Below, piece after piece: positions 56,339 to 64,000 of a stretch of 64,000 bases of DNA. The DNA is from Octopus vulgaris. Taxonomy: Eukaryota. Position numbers and translations under genes: made by a program. The notes beneath the pieces are model-generated. The model did not search any database. It worked only from the letters and a program-made list of their open reading frames with translations, and was not told the DNA's origin. The stretch spans positions 77,748,001 to 77,812,000 of the forward strand of contig OX597817.1 of NCBI GenBank assembly GCA_951406725.2. The letters are read 5' to 3'. Every line of letters begins with the position of its first letter. The stretch's first letter is position 1.

Positions 56339-56910
56339 GCGGGCTTGAGGATCAGCCAGGAAAAGACAAAAGTGCTGCGTACCAACAACAAGCAGGAAGA
56401 GCCAATCACAATCAAGGGGGCACCTGTGGAGGACGTTAGTGAGTTTGTCTATCTTGGCAGCAAGATCAGCAAATCAGGTTGATCAGACAAGGACATCACG
56501 GCAAGAAGTAAAAAGGCTTGGCAAGCCTTTGTTATTCTTTGGCTGGTATGGAAGCCCACTGCCATCTCAACTCGAACTAAACTCTGCTTATTTAGTTCAA
56601 ATGTAAAATCTGAGCTTTTGTATGGCTCTGAAACATGGGGAGCCACCTGCAGCAACTACTACAAGAAGATCCAGACCTTCATCAACAAATGTCTCCGGCA
56701 GATCCTCCATCTGAAGTGGTTCGACAGAGTGCCAAACACTGACCTTTGGGAAAGGGCCAACCAGAGGCCCATACATGTTCAGATTAGACGAAAGAAATGG
56801 AGATAGACCAGACACACACTGTGGAAAGAACCCTCAAATGTGACACAACAAGCACTTTACTGGAACTCGCAGGGGAAAAGAAAGCAAGGACACCCGATGC
56901 AGACATGGAA
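56339..56910 (+). pseudogene. Second RTE family ORF2 fragment (no zinc-finger insert)
   Basis: Reads AGLRISQEKTKVL...VEDVSEFVYLGSKI...LLYGSETW...FINKCLRQIL...WNSQGKRKQG, with stops. Confidence 0.8.
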
Positions 56911-56992
56911 TAGACCCCAGTACTTATATATATATATATATATAAAGCTCAGATTTTTATTGGCTAAACTGGCAAAATGACCATTCCTAAAT

Positions 56993-57037
<45 letters not shown>

Positions 57038-57061
57038 TGTATATATCTTATACATTAAAAT

Positions 57062-57372
57062 CTGGCATGCAATTGGCAGGTAGTTTTTGTCATGTGGGTG
57101 GTTCTGCATTTGGGGATCAAGTTTACCTCTGCCAGAGCTAACCAGTGTGGTATGCTACTGTTCTCATTGAGGGTTTGCTGGTACAGATTGATAAGATATG
57201 GTCAGTAGAATGTTAGCTTCTTGTACCAATATCCAACAATCAAGTCTCTACCAGGTGCTTTTCCATCCTGGGGTTTCTGGATCACAGTTGCAAGAGTTTC
57301 ACCTTCAATGTTGTAATGTCTTGGATGCAATGCAGGAGCAATAACTTCTTCAGATTTCTTCCAACCACATAG
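57062..57372 (-). pseudogene. RLE-type (R4-like) non-LTR RT fragment
   Basis: KAPGRDLIVGYWYKKL followed by IPK...KNY.PIAC-like segments. Confidence 0.5.
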
Positions 57373-58408
57373 CATATGTATGTATGTATGTATGTATGTC
57401 TGTATGTGTGTGTGTGTGTGCATTTGTGTATTCGTCCCCATTCACCTACCACTTGCTGCTTTGTTTACAACCACATAACTCAGCATTAAGGGACTAATAA
57501 AATAAGTACGAAGCTTAAAAGTTAATTACTGGGGTCAATTCATTTGACTTTTAAAAAAAAAACCCCAGCATGGCCGCAATCCAATGACTGAAACAAGTAA
57601 AACAAAAAGATATGTGTCTGAAGTAGAGAAAAACTTCATTGAAAGACGATTTAGTAAAAATTAATCAAAGGTAAGGGGAGACAACTCAACATAAAAATAT
57701 AAAACAAAACAATTAAAATTCTTGAAAACGAGTTCACACACACACACACACACTCCAGCACCGGCACCAGCGCCCTAATTACATATCTTTATCTTTGGTC
57801 ACAATTCCGCACTGATCTGCCCTGTTTTCCTATATTCCAAGCATTTTCTCAAGTAACCTAGATCTCTAGTTTATATAAAGTAGAACTCTCTCTCTCTCTG
57901 TCTCACTCTCTGTCTCCATACCGAATACCAACCAGACGAGATGTACAATGCAAAAACAATAAAACACAACAACAACAACAACAATAAGGAAACAAAAAGT
58001 AAAAAAGAAAAGAACAAAAACCCACAAAAATAACTAAAATATCTAGTCTTATTTTATTTGTATTTTTTTTTTTCTTATAATTAAATATTTATTCTTTGAT
58101 TGATTCACTAAATGTTTAGGAATGAATTGTTTATCAAGGTTACTTTGAGTGGTTCTACACCTTTGTATGCTTTTGTTTGAGTACGTGGGATTCTCTGTCA
58201 TTTATCTACAAATTAAAGACAAAAGAGGAAATCCAAACAGAATTACTTTCTGCTGATTCATGTCTTTCGTATCTAAACTAACATGTAATGATTAATGAGA
58301 AATTTCAAAGATTTGTTCACATTATTTGTAAATGATTCTCTTTAGAAGTTTATGATTGTATATTTTTTATATGTCTGCTGTATGTATGTGTGACATATAT
58401 ATATATAC

Positions 58409-58506
<98 letters not shown>

Positions 58507-58729
58507 GTGTGTGTGTGTGTGTGCGTGCATGTGTGTGTGTTTGTGTGTTCATCCACTTTCCAGCAATTTCCATTGTTCTCAATCAATCTTAATATGAAAT
58601 TAGTGTATCTTAATTAGTTTTGGGGTTTTCTTTTATTTTTGTGGGACTTTGTAAAATATCCATTGTGAAACAAATGTGATCTCGTGCTATTTTTCCCAAC
58701 TTACACACACAATATTATATGTATGTGTA

Positions 58730-58762
<33 letters not shown>

Positions 58763-58979
58763 GTTTAAGTATATATATATATAAGTATATAAGTATATAA
58801 GTATATATATATGTTTAAATATATATATACACATATATATAATATATATATACACACATATATATATACATATATACACACACACATATACTATTGCTAA
58901 CATGATATACTAAAGATAGAGTTTTTGTAATATGTGCTTTTATGTGGAGAAATTTTAAATTCTACTATATATATATTTT

Positions 58980-59044
<65 letters not shown>

Positions 59045-59046
<2 letters not shown>

Positions 59047-59697
59047 TAAAAATAGGATAAAATCTTTATAAGAATTTATGAAGTAGTTAGAGTGAAAAAC
59101 CTTATAAGTGAAAAATCCATCAATTATTCCTCTTAAATATATTTATTTATATTAAGGGCATTACTATACATAAATGCCTCATGCTATGAGGGACTCTTAA
59201 AGTCAAAACTACCATAATAAACTCCTTGTACCAAATGCAAGGGAATGCAACTCATGAAGTGAGCCTTGAAAAAAGCAGATTCAGCTGTAGATTATATGAT
59301 TTCATAATTAGTGCACAAAATGCACTTTTTAATCATCAGTGCATGCATGATCAAGACACATAAGAATGAACAAAAAATCAACATAACAGACAAACACCAA
59401 ATGTATCCAGTATAGTATATAGAATCGTTGACACTTATATACCTATGTAAGAGACGTGCTTTTAGAATTCCATCTCGGTACACGTGTATATTCAGAATAA
59501 TTCAGCACTGAATATATTCCGGTTAAATTTACAATTTAAAAATAGGATAAAATCTTTATAAGAAGTTATCAATTTGCATGAAAAACCTCATAAGGGAAAA
59601 ATTTACTAATTTTTCCCTTTAAATATATTTATTTATATTAAGGGCATTACTATACATAAATGCTTCACGCTAGGAGGGACTCTTAAAGTCAAAACTC
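59045..59697. repeat. Direct repeat pair (~165 bp), PLE pLTR-like
   Basis: 59045-59210 matches 59535-59696; TA flank; related start at 60011. Confidence 0.65.
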
Positions 59698-59776
59698 ATA
59701 AGGAAAAAATTAATAAATTAATAGATACACCAACATCAGTTGTCAAGCACACTCACATAAATATATATAAATACAT

Positions 59777-59931
59777 ACATCATCATCATCATCATCGTTT
59801 AGCGTCCACTTTCCATGCTAGCATGGGTTGGACGATTTGACTGAGAACTGGCGAATCAGATGGCTGCACCAGGCTCCAATCTAATTTGGCAGAGTTTCTA
59901 CAGATGGATGCCCTTCCTAACGCCAACCACT
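59777..59931 (-). mobile_element. RTE 3' terminal fragment with (GAT)n tail
   Basis: Matches the 29770-29921 end; other short copies at 3728-3790, 14345-14495, 22230-22372, 35897-35996, 37060-37260 and 60318-60380. Confidence 0.75.
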
Positions 59932-59969
59932 TATATACTTATTTGCAATTGGATGTGTGGCATTCAATT

Positions 59970-60008
<39 letters not shown>

Positions 60009-60392
60009 TATAGGATAAAATTTTCGAAAAAATTTTATCAATGGCCAGCACATTAAAAAAATACCTTTAAAAGTTAAATTAATAAACAACTTATAAACAA
60101 GAGCAAAAGAAAAAAATTCCAATGCCAAATATACTGAAAGTAGACTTAATCATCAATAACCATATAATTTATCACTATAAGCACGCATCTTGAAAGCAAG
60201 CCGATAGATTTCTAAAAAATTTTGTTATTATGGGATCGGTCCCAATTTCTGAGTTAATTCATTTAGAATTTTCTCGTCATCAGCGATAAATATGATAAAA
60301 ATATAAATGAGATACTTCAGTCTGATTTGGCATGTTTTCTATGGCTGGATGCCCTTCCTAATGCCAACCAATCCAAGAGTGTGATAAGTGGT

Positions 60393-60439
<47 letters not shown>

Positions 60440-60731
60440 CATAATATTTTTATTTGTCCTTTCTGTTTTCCTTGTATACTGTTTTTCTCTGTTATCTTGG
60501 TACGGTACGGTGGATAAATTTAAGACTTTAGCTCTTATTTCTATGCTTGTTAAGCATCCTTACGCTTCATGCAAATTTATAATTCATAGCTATCTAATGC
60601 TATTGCACCTGCGATCCACTTATGTCACTGCTGGTGATATCATCAATTTTAAAATTTACCCACAGATGATATGAACAGTAGTGACATCTGATTTCAAATC
60701 TGAGTGTTTGAATGTTTGCTTAAATATATAT

Positions 60732-60912
60732 ATATACATATATATATATATGATGGGCTTCTTCCAGTTTCTGTATACCAAATCCACTCACAAGGCTTTG
60801 GTTGTTCTGATGCTATAGTAGATGACATTTTCCCAAGGTGCTACACAGTGGGACTAAACCAGGAACCATGTGGTTGGGAAACAAGTTTCTCACCACACAG
60901 CCACACCTACAC
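60732..60912 (-). mobile_element. SINE family B, 5' half
   Basis: Family match. Confidence 0.7.
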
Positions 60913-62422
60913 CTATAAGGACTTTCTCACAAGGGAAATGCATTTTCTTCCTATAAGGAGCAAGAAGAGCTGAAGCTCTAATATTTCCAGAGGAAACTAG
61001 GAAAATGCACAATGTTCAAGCCATAATAAATAGCAATGTTAATGTATGTGTGTTTGTTCACCATCTTTGCCTGCTCTTTCAGAGATAGTTATTATCTCAA
61101 ATAATTTCTCAGCAAAATATTCCCATTTGTTATTTACCTGGTAGTCTGGTTCAAGCCAGACCTCATCTACACCCACCGTGCTCCAACCTTCTTGACACAA
61201 CCATCAGTTCAGCCACCCAAGAAGCTAACCAGTGTCGAGTTACCACTCCTGGTGCCGAGGTGCAAATTTACCGACTTCTCGGTGGTGCTTGCTCCTGTGA
61301 CTATTGCTTCATATTCTATACGGGGGGAAACACAATTTCGTTTGCTTTTTAATTTGCTTGTTTTTGTTTATGGGGTGGGGGTGGGAGGACAGCAGGGAGT
61401 ACAGTTGATTATATCAACTGTTAGACATCATTATTATCACACCAACAACTTCAAATTGGGTGACCTTGTGTCTATATGAGAAGCCATTGTTATTGTTATT
61501 GTTGTTGTTGTTGTTGTTGCTATGATGGTGAATTAACATGCTTGCAAACAATGTAATCTCAGACGATGATATGCTTTTGCTCTTATCTACTTCAACGTCT
61601 CAGAAATTTTTGCATCCAAATTTCATTAGTGCCGACTGCCTATAGCATCTCTCTAGGGGTTGATAAAATGAAGTAATGTACAATCAGATTTATTACTCCT
61701 TTCAAAAAAATATTGGTCGTGTTCCAAGTGGAAGATAAGTTCTTCTATACTATATTTTCTTTCCTGGAGAGGCAGTAGAATTGACAGAACTCAAAACAAA
61801 ATACCTTGTAGTTTTTAATTACATTGCCGTTTTTTCCTTTAGTTCAAATCTCAGCAGCTCCATCACCTCATGGAAAAAAAAAATGATAAAAAAAGAATTA
61901 GAGGCACTTTGTACCTGTGTAAGAAATTATTATTAACATTATTATTAATATTATTGGTGAACTGGCAGAATCATTAGCATGCTGGCTGAAATGCTTGGAG
62001 GTATTTTGTCAGTCTTTGTGTTCTGAGTTCAAATTCTGCCAAAGTCAACATTGCTTTTCATCCTTTTGAGTTTGATAAAATAAGTACCAGCTGCATACTA
62101 GGGTTGACTTAACCCTTACTCTGAAACTGCTGACCTGTGCCAAACTTTGAGATCATCATCATCATTATTATTATTTCTCTTTATCACAAGTTTGGTTGGA
62201 GCTTCTGGAGTCTTACATGTGTATATTATTATTAGCTGACCGCCAACACTTTTTCTGCAAAATAGGGGTAGCTTATCCTGTTCAGGCTATATTATTAGGA
62301 TTATCCTGTATTTGAGAATTTAAAATCACTTCTTTAACTTTCTAAGACATCTCAATGCTTCTAAAGCAAATTTCATTTGTTTGTTTACATTCATCGTAAT
62401 TTGAATTTATTATTATTATTAC

Positions 62423-62483
<61 letters not shown>

Positions 62484-62678
62484 GACATCGCACAGTATAC
62501 AACATCGTGAGGGTGTTGATTGACAATATTGTGTCTACCAGGATTTGTACTGTTTGTCAAGTCACAAGGACCTCAGACAGACAGTACTTTACGCAATATG
62601 TGTGTAGTTCCAGTTTAGTAATGCCTAAGGTTTACAAATGTTTTTTCAGATTGGGTGTTGTTATTATCATTATCATCA

Positions 62679-62710
<32 letters not shown>

Positions 62711-62713
<3 letters not shown>

Positions 62714-63918
62714 TAGTTTTATTTTTATAGCGTGCTTTCACTTCACTACCGAGCGCAGCTCTGTGTGCCTTGGGTATGTGCTGTGATTTGTTGTGATGCT
62801 CTGATGGTTATTGTATGGAAAGTGTTCTGCGTAGGATGTGTGCAGTGCCTAGTAGTGCAATTTTCTGTATGTTATATGTGTTTGTAAGTCCTGGTGTTTT
62901 TGTTATGTATTTGTCTGAATATTTTTTTATCATGCCTAATGCACCTACTATGATAGGAATTGTTTCTGTTTTCAGTTCTTTGATTATTTTATTTTTTATA
63001 TTATCATAATCATTAGGCTCCCCTTCATTGTTTACATCGTGTTTGTTGGGAATGTTGCGTTTTTCTTCGTGTTTTACAGTTTCAGTGTTTATATTATTGG
63101 GCATTGTTGTGTGGCTTCTATCTACATTTTCCTGGTGTATGTTTTCTTTTAGGTGTTCTATTTCTATTTCTGATATTTTTTTTTGTGTTGAGAATGTATC
63201 TTCGTACGTTAGCTAATTTATTAGGGTTCATTGCTGTATCCAAGTCTATATCTCTATTATTTTCCTTCCATATTTTATATGTATGTGTTGTTGTATTTTC
63301 ATTTTTTGGGTAGAGTACTGCTGTGAAGTATGCGTGTAAGATAGAAATGTATTCCTCACGTGTCCATTTATGTCTTTTGGGTTTTATTTGCGGGACATGA
63401 GGTACAACGTCCGGCCCATTATTTTGACGGTCGTCATTTTCGTAGGGTACCGGTCCGTTTATTTCTGTTGTCACATTATTTCGCACGTGTAGTTTTTCGT
63501 ACATTTTTTGTTTTAAGTTTAATGTACGTACCGCTCGATTGTTATTCTTGGGTTGAATAGTATCGGTGGCATTTAATTTCTTCGTAGTTCCTTTGTACAT
63601 GGTGTTTGGGGTCGAGGATGATCGTGATGTTTCACGCATGTTTACATGTGTTGCGTTAGAGGTGGAGATGATATCGAGTCAAAATACATCATTTCGTTTC
63701 GAAAATAGTAATAAATTTCAATTAGTATTACTTACTCGGATATAGTCCAATTCTTTGTTAGTAAAACTTTGGCTCCATAGGATGTCCTTGTTTTCGATGT
63801 ATGTGGATAGGTTTCGGAGCTCTGAATTTTCCTTCTTACATCTTAAACGTTCCCCTATTAATATTATTTGTCTTTATCACAGGTTTCGTTGGCACTCCTG
63901 GAGTCTTACATGTGTATG
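62711..63918 (-). mobile_element. Internally deleted R4/Dong-like element retaining both 5' and 3' ends
   Basis: N-terminal ORF 63118-63639 (KRHKWTREEY...AYF Myb-like motif) is joined, after a poly-A frameshift, to KTETIPIIVGALG...RRTLSIQ and a 3' UTR identical to 10592-10856; (TTA)n on both sides. Confidence 0.8.
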
Positions 63919-64000
63919 TTATTATTATTATTATTATTCTTATTATTATAGACATTGCATAATATACTTTATTGTGAGGTTGTTGATTGAAGATAATGTA

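Noticed and set aside
61135-61320. GC-richer island with an open frame (LLVPRCKF...PVTI)
   Set aside because: Only a faint resemblance to a LINE C-terminus; cannot be supported as an exon or an element

Overview
This is very AT-rich, microsatellite-saturated eukaryotic DNA, and I could not support any host protein-coding exon in it. Most entries in the ORF track are read-through of simple repeats. The repeat content (tRNA-derived SINE families, RTE LINEs with (GAT)n tails, (TA)n-associated Penelope-like elements) strongly resembles an octopus/coleoid cephalopod genome, but that assignment is inference. Recognisable elements are: two ~90% identical RTE LINEs in inverted orientation, each with a PHD-type zinc finger inside the RT; R4/Dong-like elements sitting in (TAA)n; several Penelope-like elements (PLEs) with GIY-YIG remnants and inverted pseudo-LTRs; Helitron, hAT, pogo, piggyBac and mariner derivatives; and many SINEs. 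The most interesting signal is RNA-structural. A non-coding ~2.3-copy tandem array of a 363-bp unit (17764-18633) carries, in each full unit, a minimal type I hammerhead ribozyme with a compensatory U3:A8 core variant and a long extended stem I. This makes it a candidate non-LTR retrozyme that could yield a 363-nt circular RNA. Several further hammerhead-like motifs from distinct PLE families are spread across the window. All coordinates were read by eye, and element ends are approximate unless a TSD or terminus is quoted.
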